A stretch of DNA of 32,000 bases. Source: an uncultured Chloroflexia bacterium (GTDB lineage: Bacteria > Chloroflexota > Ktedonobacteria > Ktedonobacterales > JADMIN01). Shown one piece after another: positions 15,838-23,498 of this stretch (positions are counted from its first letter, which is position 1; every line of letters starts with the position of its first letter). The notes under the pieces were generated by a model. It saw only the letters and a program-made list of their open reading frames with translations. It was not told where the DNA came from and searched no databases. The position numbers and the translations under genes are program-made. The stretch is taken from assembly GCA_963718915.1 (NCBI GenBank), contig CAVRAI010000010.1, forward strand, positions 9,974-41,973. The letters are read 5' to 3'.

Positions 15838-16797
15838 TCAGTGTCGCTCATCGGTATCGCCAAAGGTCACGGGTGGGATATCCAAGGCGGCGCAGACGCG
15901 CGCCGTATCGGCATGGTGCGCCGCGGTGGGGCGGGCGTATTCGAGGCACCAGAGCAACTGATAGATCGGGCGGCGCTTGGGGTAGTCCGCTGCGATGGGT
16001 TGGGATGCGGTGTAGCCCTCGCGGAAGCCGTCGCCCATCATGTCGCGCCAAAGCTCCAGTCGCGCGATATCTGACTCCGAACAGCCCGCCCACGCGCTGC
16101 CGAAGTCGAGCACCGCTGAGATGCGCCAGTCGTCGTCCGGTTCGTCGCCCGGAACAAGCAGCAGGTTGTTGGGGTTCAGGTCTTCATGCGTCAGCCGTGG
16201 CTCGGCGAGGTTCGCGAAGTCGCTGGCGTGCGCCTGAAGCACCGCAGCGAAGAGGTCGGCGTGCGCGGGATTGGCGATACGCCTTCGCGCGCGGGCTACG
16301 AGGGCATCCAAACTCCCCTCTCCTCGCAGGAGAGGGGTTGGGGGTGAGGTTCTGTCCTCCTCCACCTCGCCAAATTGTGGGTAGCGCAGGCTGTGCAGCG
16401 CTGCGGTGGCCTCGCCCAACTGGCGGAAGATGTCGTAGCGGGCGTGCGGCGACATGCGCTTCAACCCGTCTCGCCAGGCCATCCCCGGCGCGTGCGCCAT
16501 CATCAGGTAGCGCCAGGGGAAACGCTGGCACGAGTCTTCCACCGCCAGCGCCTCGCAGACCGGAACGGGTGTCTCGCGGGCAACCCGCTGCTGGATGGCG
16601 GCCTCGCGCGAGAAACAGGTCGTCGATGTGGCGTCCGCCAGCTTCAAGACGATCACCCGCGCCGGGAAGACTAGCGTGGCAAAGACCACCGCGTGGTCGT
16701 CCCCATGCGTGACCGGATGCCACGCCAGCACGCGGCACTTCTGGCCAAAGACCTCGCGCGCCAGGGCCTCGATATCGTCGCGTGCCAGTTCGGGCAT
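15838..16797 (-). CDS. Phosphotransferase-family kinase (APH-like), carrying an in-frame repeat-element insertion
   Basis: ORF 15838..16815 starts at TTG. ATG 16797 (MPELARDDIEAL...) is preferred, but the start is uncertain. Contains THEDLNPNNLLL (catalytic loop) and VLDFGSA (DFG). Residues TSPPTPLLRGEGS are encoded by the repeat at 16313-16350. Confidence 0.75.
   Translation of the reverse strand: MPELARDDIEALAREVFGQKCRVLAWHPVTHGDDHAVVFATLVFPARVIVLKLADATSTTCFSREAAIQQRVARETPVPVCEALAVEDSCQRFPWRYLMMAHAPGMAWRDGLKRMSPHARYDIFRQLGEATAALHSLRYPQFGEVEEDRTSPPTPLLRGEGSLDALVARARRRIANPAHADLFAAVLQAHASDFANLAEPRLTHEDLNPNNLLLVPGDEPDDDWRISAVLDFGSAWAGCSESDIARLELWRDMMGDGFREGYTASQPIAADYPKRRPIYQLLWCLEYARPTAAHHADTARVCAALDIPPVTFGDTDERH
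16313..16350. repeat. Hairpin repeat family 2, copy 1 (inside a CDS)
   Basis: CTCCCCTCTCC-tcgca-GGAGAGGGG-TTGGGGGTGAGGT. 9-bp GC-rich stem (16315-16323 / 16329-16337). Confidence 0.85.
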
Positions 16798-16828
16798 ATC
16801 GGCCTGCTCTCTCAACCGTCAACGATCA

Positions 16829-18223
16829 CTAATCCAGCGGCAACACCCACGAGAGGCGCGCGGGGAAGAGCGCCTCCAGCAGCGGGCGCACAGCATCGTT
16901 CACCCATATATCAGGATAGATCGCCTGCAATGCTGCCAGGCTATGATGGCCAAAGAGCAGTTGCAAAAAGACCAGCGGCGGGAATGCGGCGTTGCCAGCG
17001 TCCCACGCGCTCGGCGCCCATGCTTCGGCGGATGTAAGGCGGCCCGCCGCGAAGACCAGCCGCAGGCCGCCGCGATAGAAGCTCAATTTCACCTCACCCG
17101 TGTAGCCCACGACGATGCTGCCAGCCAGCCGCCGCTCCAGCGCTGGCATGATATGTGTGACGAACGCGGGTAGATCGGCGACGCGGACGTACCAGGCATA
17201 CGGCGGCAACGCCAGAACTGGCGCTGAGGGAGGCAGCGCGTCATAGGCGGGATGCGCGCGGCCAAGTCCCAGCCCAATCACGGTGGCAGGCTGCGTGCGC
17301 GGGTGGGGCGCGCGCATGACAGAAGCCTGAGCGGCGAGCGCCCGCAGCACCGACGGCAGCACGGCGGTCATCGCCACACCCTCGTCGACGGCCAGCCCGC
17401 GCAGGCCAAATTGACTGCCATAGCGCGCGCGTGCGGTGAGCACGTAGCCGACGACGCGGCCGTCGCCGCCTAGGATGACCTGTGTCAGCCAGTTCTCATC
17501 GGTCTCCGGGTGCATGCCCGCGATGACCCAGCGCCAGGTGGCTTCGTCTATCACGGCGGAGACGAGGGCAAGCACGCGGTCGTGGTCATAGAGCGCCATG
17601 ACGCGCGGCAGGTCATCCGGTGTGGCGGCTCGCAGGGTATATGGCTCGGTTGTGTCCGCCGCCAGCGAGGGAATGGCGCCAATCGCGATTCTCCGGCTTC
17701 CGCCGAGGTCGAGCGCGTATTCATAGCCAAACTGGCGGTAGTAGTAGTAGATGCCGGTGATGCCGACGGCCAGATCCCCGCGCGCATCGCAACGGGCGTG
17801 CAGCAGCTCGAAGATAGCGCGAATCAGCCCGCGATTGCGATAGGCCAATTTGGTCGCCACCGCCTCGGGGCGGCCCACGGGGAAGGTGATACCGTCATAC
17901 TCCCACGTCTGGCGCATCAGCACAGCGCCCGCGACGATCTCGCCCGTCGCGGTATCCTCCACCAGCGCGAAATCGCCCGGCCCGGCGAGCGGATGCCTGC
18001 CGCTCATCAAGTCTTCGACCCAGTGGCCAAACCAGATATTCGGCGGATCGCTTTCTTCATCGCGGAAAGCCTCGGCGCTGAGCCGCGCCAATCCCTCGAC
18101 GTCCTTTTCAGTAGACCAGCGCAGGAGCAGTCCGCCATCCAGCGCGCGTCGATATGCGGGGGCCGCAAGCGCCACCTTCGACTCGCTTGCCACCGTCGAT
18201 GTTAGTAATGACCCAGAAGACAC
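16829..18223 (-). CDS. GNAT-family N-acetyltransferase with an Eis-like three-domain architecture
   Basis: 464 aa with a GTG start. The N-terminal GNAT has the acetyl-CoA motif AYRNRGLIRAIF. A second GNAT-like segment begins LRAATPDDLPRVMALYD. The C-terminal roughly 100 aa resembles the SCP2-like tail of Eis proteins as I recall them. The stop lies 13-31 nt upstream of the kinase start, which implies an operon. Confidence 0.65.
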   Translation of the reverse strand: MSSGSLLTSTVASESKVALAAPAYRRALDGGLLLRWSTEKDVEGLARLSAEAFRDEESDPPNIWFGHWVEDLMSGRHPLAGPGDFALVEDTATGEIVAGAVLMRQTWEYDGITFPVGRPEAVATKLAYRNRGLIRAIFELLHARCDARGDLAVGITGIYYYYRQFGYEYALDLGGSRRIAIGAIPSLAADTTEPYTLRAATPDDLPRVMALYDHDRVLALVSAVIDEATWRWVIAGMHPETDENWLTQVILGGDGRVVGYVLTARARYGSQFGLRGLAVDEGVAMTAVLPSVLRALAAQASVMRAPHPRTQPATVIGLGLGRAHPAYDALPPSAPVLALPPYAWYVRVADLPAFVTHIMPALERRLAGSIVVGYTGEVKLSFYRGGLRLVFAAGRLTSAEAWAPSAWDAGNAAFPPLVFLQLLFGHHSLAALQAIYPDIWVNDAVRPLLEALFPARLSWVLPLD

Positions 18224-18339
18224 AAATCCAATCCTTTTCTTCCCCGTTCCATCCCAGACACGGCTTCAGTATGCCATATTGGCTGAGCCGCCTGTCTGGG
18301 GATTTCTGCCGGAAAAGATGGCAGCGGCGCGCCAGGCAA

Positions 18340-18368
18340 TTGCGGGCGGCTGTATGTGCGACTATACT
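18340..18368 (+). promoter_or_regulatory. Candidate sigma70-type promoter for the CPBP gene
   Basis: TTGCGG (18340-18345), a 17-nt spacer, then TATACT (18363-18368), 40 nt upstream of the TTG start at 18408. Confidence 0.45.
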
Positions 18369-18407
18369 AGAAAGCAGGCGGCTGAACGGTGAAAGGAGTC
18401 AGGTACG

Positions 18408-19295
18408 TTGTCCTCGTCATTGCCCGCTTCATCCCCTTTACGTCCGTCACGAGCCGTGGGCTGGCGGGGTGTGACGCTTATCACGATACTCTTTCTCGCG
18501 CTGCTCCTTGGCTTGTTCGCTCTAGAGTGGCGCGCGCCCTATGATCTGTTCAGGGCGATCAGTCGGCTGAGCGGAGGCGTGCTCCCGCTGACGTTCCTGT
18601 TCTACGTAGTGACACTCGCTGTCATGCTGCTGGTGATGTTTGGCATTCAGCGTCTGAAGCCAGCGGATATTGGCCTCGTGTGGGCGAACGTGTATGGAGG
18701 CGTACTCACCTATCTCGCGATATGGGTCGGTTACCAGATACTCCTGGCGGGGCTGAGCATCGTGAGCGGGGGACACATCAGACTCGAAACGATGTGGAGC
18801 ACGGCAGCGGATTATCCGTTGATCGCAGGCAGATTTATTACCTATGTTTTTGGCACGGCGCTCACCGAGGAGATCATCTTTCGTGGCTACCTGTTGCCGC
18901 AGTGCTGGCTCGCGCTACGCACTATAGGGCGTCCGTGGCCACGCCTTGGGCTGGCGTTGCTCATCTCGCAGGGCATCTTCGCGCTGGTTCATATTCCCGC
19001 TACACTCTTGCAAGGCGCCAGCATTGGGGATCTCCTGATCCATCTGGTGTCTCTCTTTGTGCTGGGTGTCCTCCTGGCGCTGGTCTATCTGCAAACCCGC
19101 AACCTCTTTGTCGTGGTCGCCATCCACAGCCTCTCAGACTGGCCGATGCCGCTCTTCCATCAATCGGTTCTGGGCGATCTCAGCCTGTTATCCTTCGTCG
19201 CACTTGTCGCTGTGCTGTTGCTATGGCCCATTATTACCCGCCAGTCAGGGCTGAGGGAGATGGCGCAAGCGTTTCGCGCGGGCAAGAGCGCCTGA
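18408..19295 (+). CDS. CPBP-family intramembrane glutamic endopeptidase (CAAX protease / Abi family)
   Basis: TTG start 9 nt after AAAGGAG. Polytopic. Motifs: TEEIIFRGYLL (EExxxR), FALVHIP (FxxxH), IHSLSDW (HxxxD/N). Confidence 0.85.
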   Translation: MSSSLPASSPLRPSRAVGWRGVTLITILFLALLLGLFALEWRAPYDLFRAISRLSGGVLPLTFLFYVVTLAVMLLVMFGIQRLKPADIGLVWANVYGGVLTYLAIWVGYQILLAGLSIVSGGHIRLETMWSTAADYPLIAGRFITYVFGTALTEEIIFRGYLLPQCWLALRTIGRPWPRLGLALLISQGIFALVHIPATLLQGASIGDLLIHLVSLFVLGVLLALVYLQTRNLFVVVAIHSLSDWPMPLFHQSVLGDLSLLSFVALVAVLLLWPIITRQSGLREMAQAFRAGKSA

Positions 19296-19368
19296 TGCGG
19301 TCCAGTCCGGTGGGGGCGGCTGGCGGCTGAAGCAGTTTTGCTTTTTACGCCGAACATCGGACGAAGTG

Positions 19369-19415
19369 GCGGGCGCGGCAGGCCGTAGCGTGAACGCTAC
19401 GGCGAATAGGCGGAT
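19369..19415 (+). repeat. Hairpin repeat family 1, copy F (intact; CGAAT-tail subtype)
   Basis: ggcgcggcagGCCGTAGCG-tgaa-CGCTACGGC-GAATAGGCGG. Perfect 9-bp stem. Confidence 0.9.
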
Positions 19416-19533
19416 GCCTTGGGGCGGAAATTCGCCGTGGCCTTCAGGCCCTGGTTGGTTCACCCCAACCCACTGTTTGGGGGAAATCTCTAACTACATC
19501 ACGCGCCTGGGCTGTTTGCTGGTCCTGGCGAGG

Positions 19534-19562
19534 GTGCGGCGCTTGCGCGATCCCGCTATACT
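19534..19562 (+). promoter_or_regulatory. Candidate promoter of a short leader or small RNA upstream of argC
   Basis: GTGCGG (19534-19539), a 17-nt spacer, then TATACT (19557-19562). This is the same architecture as the CPBP promoter candidate. Confidence 0.4.
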
Positions 19563-19627
19563 GTAAGCGACAAGGGCAATGGCTGCAACGAAGCGACCGG
19601 AGCGCACACACTGATCGTGTCCCTGAA

Positions 19628-19663
19628 TCCCGCGCGAGGCGTGCGTGGGCGGGGACTTTTTTT
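19628..19663 (+). terminator. Terminator/attenuator-like GC hairpin followed by T7, 39 nt upstream of argC
   Basis: TCCCGC...GCGGGGA (imperfect stem, one bulge) followed by CTTTTTTTG (seven Ts, 19657-19663). A T7 run is conspicuous in this GC-rich sequence. Confidence 0.4.
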
Positions 19664-19701
19664 GCGCCCTTCCCCGGCATTTAGAATAAGCAGGCGAGAC
19701 G

Positions 19702-20733
19702 ATGGCATTATCTTCTTCACGGATTCCGGTGGCGGTGGTCAACGGCACTGGATATGGCGGCGGCGAGCTATTACGACTGCTGCGCCGCCACCCGATGTTT
19801 GAGCTTGTCGAGGTGACGGCACGCTCGGATGCAGGTCAGCGCATCGGCGATGTCTTTCCACATTTGGGACACATGGAGCGCACCTTCGGCGAGGACGTAA
19901 CGCGGGCGGAGCTGGTCTTCGTCGCCCTGCCAGATGACGCCGCCATCGAGTGCGTTCCTGAGTATCTGCGCGCGGGCCGACGGGTAGTGGACCTCTCGGC
20001 GGGCTTCCGGTTGCGCGAGCGGGCGCTCTATCCGCGCTGGTACGGCTACGAGCATCCAGCGCCCGCACTGTTGGAGTCGGCGGTCTATGGGCTGGCCGAG
20101 TGGGCGCGCGACGAACTGCCCAATGCTCAACTCGTCGCGGTACCGGGCTGCTATCCGACGGCTGCGCTCCTGCCACTGCTGCCGCTGCTGGCCGCCAATA
20201 TGATCGAGCCTGATGTGATTGTGGATGCCAAGTCGGGCGTGAGCGGAGCGGGGCGCACGCTGCGCCTGAGCAGCCACTTCAGCGAGGTGAACGAGGACGT
20301 GAGCGCCTATGGACTGGGCGGCCATCGCCACCTGCCCGAGATTCGCCAGCAGCTCGAACGCGCCGCCGATACGCCTGTGCGGCTGACTTTCACGCCGCAT
20401 CTCGTGCCGATGACGCGCGGCATCCTGGCGACCAGCTACGCGACTCCGCGCCCCGGTGTGACGCTCGACGACGCGCGCGCCGCGCTGGAAAGCGCCTACC
20501 TTGGCTCACCGTTCGTGTGGGTGATGGAGCAGCCGCCACACACGAAGTGGACGCTCGGTGGGAACCTCTGTTACATCACGCCCGCGTGGGACACCGAGAG
20601 CGAGCGGCTGATTCTGGTAAGCGCAATCGATAATCTGGTGAAGGGCGCGGCGGGCCAGGCGATTCAGTGCGCCAATCTGATGTATGGACTGGACGAGGCG
20701 GTAGGATTGCCGCGCGAAGGAGTGTACCCCTGA
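19702..20733 (+). CDS. argC: N-acetyl-gamma-glutamyl-phosphate reductase
   Basis: 343 aa. VAVVNGTGYGGGELLRLL (NAD(P)-binding N-terminus), PGCYPTAALL (active-site Cys), typical C-terminal NLVKGAAGQA. Confidence 0.93.
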   Translation: MALSSSRIPVAVVNGTGYGGGELLRLLRRHPMFELVEVTARSDAGQRIGDVFPHLGHMERTFGEDVTRAELVFVALPDDAAIECVPEYLRAGRRVVDLSAGFRLRERALYPRWYGYEHPAPALLESAVYGLAEWARDELPNAQLVAVPGCYPTAALLPLLPLLAANMIEPDVIVDAKSGVSGAGRTLRLSSHFSEVNEDVSAYGLGGHRHLPEIRQQLERAADTPVRLTFTPHLVPMTRGILATSYATPRPGVTLDDARAALESAYLGSPFVWVMEQPPHTKWTLGGNLCYITPAWDTESERLILVSAIDNLVKGAAGQAIQCANLMYGLDEAVGLPREGVYP

Positions 20734-21617
20734 TGGCGGACGCGATAGCAAGTGTGGGTGAGCTGGCGGCTGCCAGCCAGGTTGCGCGACACGCCGTCAT
20801 CGCGCAGGTGCTGCGTGAGGCGCAACCGTACATCGAGACGCTGCGGGGGCGGACGCTGGTCATCAAGCTGGGCGGCAGCACGCTCGACAATCAACGCGAC
20901 GCGCTCGAAGATATCGTCTGGCTGCGCGGATTGGGCGCGCACCCGGTGCTGGTGCATGGCGGCGGGCCAGAGATCAACGACTGGCTGGAGCGGGTGGGCC
21001 TGCCGCGACGATTCGAGCGCGGCCTGCGCGTAACCGACGCCGCGACGCTCGATGTCGTGCGGATGGTGCTTGCGGGCAAGGTGAACGGCGACCTGGTGCG
21101 GCTGCTCGTGAGCCTGGGCGGCAGGGCCATCGGTCTCTCTGGCATCGACGGCGGCCTGCTTCATGCGCGCCAGATTGCGGCTGACCTGGGCTATGTTGGC
21201 GCGGTCACCAGTGTGGACGCCGGGGTCATTACGGCGTTGAGCGCGGCTGGCTTCATCCCGGTTATCGCGCCCATCGCGCTGGGGGATGACAATACGGTGC
21301 TGAATGTCAACGCCGATGACGCCGCCGCCGATCTGGCTCGCGGCCTGAGCGCCACCAAGCTGCTCTATCTGAGCGACGTTCCTGGCGTCCTGGATGCGCA
21401 GGGCAGACTGCTCTCGGTGCTGACCGACCATGAGGTGCGGGCGTTGATCGATCAGGACGTGATCTCCGGCGGGATGATCCCGAAGGCGGAGGCGGCGCTG
21501 CGGGCGCTGGAGACGACCGAGCGCGTCCACATCGTCGATGGCCGCGAGCCACACGTGCTGATCCGCGAGCTTTTCACGCACGAAGGCGCGGGCACGATGA
21601 TCCAGCGGGCGCGATAG
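20733..21617 (+). CDS. argB: Acetylglutamate kinase
   Basis: ORF 20667..21617 trimmed to the ATG at 20733, which overlaps the argC stop (TGATG) and follows GAAGGAG. Motifs: LVIKLGGS, VLVHGGGPEIN, NVNADDAAADLA, GGMIPK. Confidence 0.93.
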   Translation: MADAIASVGELAAASQVARHAVIAQVLREAQPYIETLRGRTLVIKLGGSTLDNQRDALEDIVWLRGLGAHPVLVHGGGPEINDWLERVGLPRRFERGLRVTDAATLDVVRMVLAGKVNGDLVRLLVSLGGRAIGLSGIDGGLLHARQIAADLGYVGAVTSVDAGVITALSAAGFIPVIAPIALGDDNTVLNVNADDAAADLARGLSATKLLYLSDVPGVLDAQGRLLSVLTDHEVRALIDQDVISGGMIPKAEAALRALETTERVHIVDGREPHVLIRELFTHEGAGTMIQRAR

Positions 21618-21685
21618 GCGGCGCGCCGAAATGTCTTTCGCGCCACACAACTGGTGCAATTCCGCGGTCGCGCCTGCCCAGACCT

Positions 21686-21713
21686 TTCAATGGAGACGAA
21701 TATCGCGTACTAT
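21686..21713 (+). promoter_or_regulatory. Candidate promoter for the DUF4157 gene
   Basis: TTCAAT (21686-21691), a 16-nt spacer, then TACTAT (21708-21713), about 70 nt upstream of the ATG at 21786. Confidence 0.3.
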
Positions 21714-21785
21714 TGCGTATAACTGGCTGCACATAAGACGGGACCTCTGATGCGCTAGCAGCGCGAGTGAATTGAGGGCGTCAGG

Positions 21786-23474
21786 ATGAGCAATTACGCG
21801 CATACACGGGCACGCACACACCGCACGTCGGCAGCGGCATTGGACGATGAGAAGAGCCGCGTGGCCCTGCGCCCTTCCACGCGCGACCAGACGGGGAGCG
21901 ATGACGCCTCCCTAACCCCTGAGAATGCCTCTCCGGCCAATGCCGCGCTCAATGATCCGAGCTATAACTTTGGCCAGATTGCCGTTCAGCCCGCGCCAGC
22001 AATGGAGCCGCAGACGAAGCTGCGTGTCAGCCAGCCGGGCGATGCCCACGAGCAAGAGGCGGACCAGGTGGCCGACGCGGTGCTGCGCCTGCCCGCCACT
22101 GAGACAGCGAGCTCGGGTGGCGATACCGCCGCGCACACGACGACCAGCCAATCGGGCGCGCAAGAGGCTATTCCTGGCAGCGACGGCCAGCCGCTCGATG
22201 CGGCGACGCGCGCCTATATGGAGCCGCGCTTCGGCCACGACTTCGGCCACGTCCGCGTCCATTCCGACGAGCAGTCGGCGCTGGCGGCGGCGGACTACCA
22301 TGCGCGGGCGTATACCGTCGGCAGCGACATCGTCTTTGGCGCGCAGGAGTATGAGCCTACCACTACTGCCGGGCAGCATCTGCTGGCGCACGAGCTGACC
22401 CACGTTGTCCAGCAAGGGAGCGATACGAAGGCCGCCGAGACAGTGCAGCGCGAACCGGTAGAAGCTGCCGTTCCCGATGTTTCCGTGGCGACCGGAAAAA
22501 AGGTGGCGCCAGATCGGATGAACGATGAGGAACTGGCCGAGGGCGTCCTGCACAAGTTGCATGGCATCCTTGGGGCATGGAAAACCGCCCTCAACAACTT
22601 CTACGTCGTCCTGGTAAGTTCGTCAGATAAGGAAACCAGGCCCAATCTTCCGGGTGTGCTGCTGGACTTTCTTCGTGAGGAGGCGATAGGCGAGATCATC
22701 AAATATGTCCCGCTGCAGATGGGGAGAGCCTATAAGTTGCTGACCAGTCTAGGAACAGAAGATAAACGGGCGCAGGCGGCGCAAGACTCGGCAAAACTGC
22801 GCGATTTTGTGGTTTCTCACGCATCGGCTATTGGGGATATGGAAACTGCGGTGGAGAACAGCTGGAGTGACTTTAAGGCCAGCGTTCGCCTGACCGCTGA
22901 GGCGATGAATGAAGGCGAACAGCCTACCGCCACCGGCAAGAAGGGCAAGGGCAAGTGGGGTGTTGAGACGTCCTCACCAGCAACCAAAGTGTTCGATGAT
23001 TACTCGATGATGCGCATGGCGTTGCTCAATACCTACGAGGCGTTAGATATACAGGCGGGCTTCGCAACCGCCGCCAACCTATTCCGACTGTTGAGTGAGG
23101 AATGGATCCGGGGAACTATGGTCAAGGAAGGGTGGGACATGCGGCACGCACGGATCGTCATCCATCTGAACAAAGACTACTCCGTGAAGGATGCGCATAT
23201 CGAAGGAGCGGGCGGCACGAAGATCGCTGAACAACTCGTTAAAGACGCAGCGACGCACAATCTGGACGGCGTTGACCTGTACAACATGAATGTACGGAAG
23301 GAAGTGCAATACTTTGGCCACGACAGCGGCTATCCCAGCGCCTACGTCTACCTCGACGAGGAGAACCACATTCGCGATGCGATGCGCGATGACGAGGGCA
23401 CAGCCGCACTCTGGGCATATATCAGAAACAACGGGGCCAGGGCACTCATGGCTAAGAAGATGGATAGCGACTGA
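21786..23474 (+). CDS. DUF4157-domain (HExxH zincin-like) protein with an uncharacterised C-terminal domain
   Basis: 562 aa with GAGGG upstream. Disordered N-terminus, then SQPGDAHEQEADQVADAVLR and GQPLDAATRAYMEPRFGHDFGHVRVHSDEQSALAAADYHARAYTVGSDIVFGAQEYEPTTTAGQHLLAHELTHVVQQG. This matches the DUF4157 signature as I know it. Residues ~225-562 match nothing I recognise. Confidence 0.85.
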   Translation: MSNYAHTRARTHRTSAAALDDEKSRVALRPSTRDQTGSDDASLTPENASPANAALNDPSYNFGQIAVQPAPAMEPQTKLRVSQPGDAHEQEADQVADAVLRLPATETASSGGDTAAHTTTSQSGAQEAIPGSDGQPLDAATRAYMEPRFGHDFGHVRVHSDEQSALAAADYHARAYTVGSDIVFGAQEYEPTTTAGQHLLAHELTHVVQQGSDTKAAETVQREPVEAAVPDVSVATGKKVAPDRMNDEELAEGVLHKLHGILGAWKTALNNFYVVLVSSSDKETRPNLPGVLLDFLREEAIGEIIKYVPLQMGRAYKLLTSLGTEDKRAQAAQDSAKLRDFVVSHASAIGDMETAVENSWSDFKASVRLTAEAMNEGEQPTATGKKGKGKWGVETSSPATKVFDDYSMMRMALLNTYEALDIQAGFATAANLFRLLSEEWIRGTMVKEGWDMRHARIVIHLNKDYSVKDAHIEGAGGTKIAEQLVKDAATHNLDGVDLYNMNVRKEVQYFGHDSGYPSAYVYLDEENHIRDAMRDDEGTAALWAYIRNNGARALMAKKMDSD

Positions 23475-23498
23475 GATGCTAGGGTATCCCGTGGGCCG

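Noticed and set aside
15873-16712. 279-aa plus-strand ORF, and 16184..16822 on the minus strand, overlapping the kinase gene
   Set aside because: Both translations are Arg/Pro/Gly/Ala-rich and lack motifs. The chosen frame carries the HxDxxxxN and DFG kinase motifs.
19366-19566. 66-aa ORF in the CPBP-argC spacer, and other small ORFs there
   Set aside because: It covers hairpin copy F and the promoter candidate, has no RBS and gives a Gly/Arg/Pro-rich translation.
20664-21659. 331-aa minus-strand ORF opposite argB, and 19771..20400 opposite argC
   Set aside because: Both are antisense to unmistakable arg genes and have low-complexity Arg/Gln/His-rich translations.
23475-23498. An immunity gene downstream of the DUF4157 protein
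   Set aside because: Only 24 bp separate its stop from the convergent glycosyltransferase-like gene, so there is no room for one. Any cognate immunity or secretion partner must be elsewhere, if it exists.
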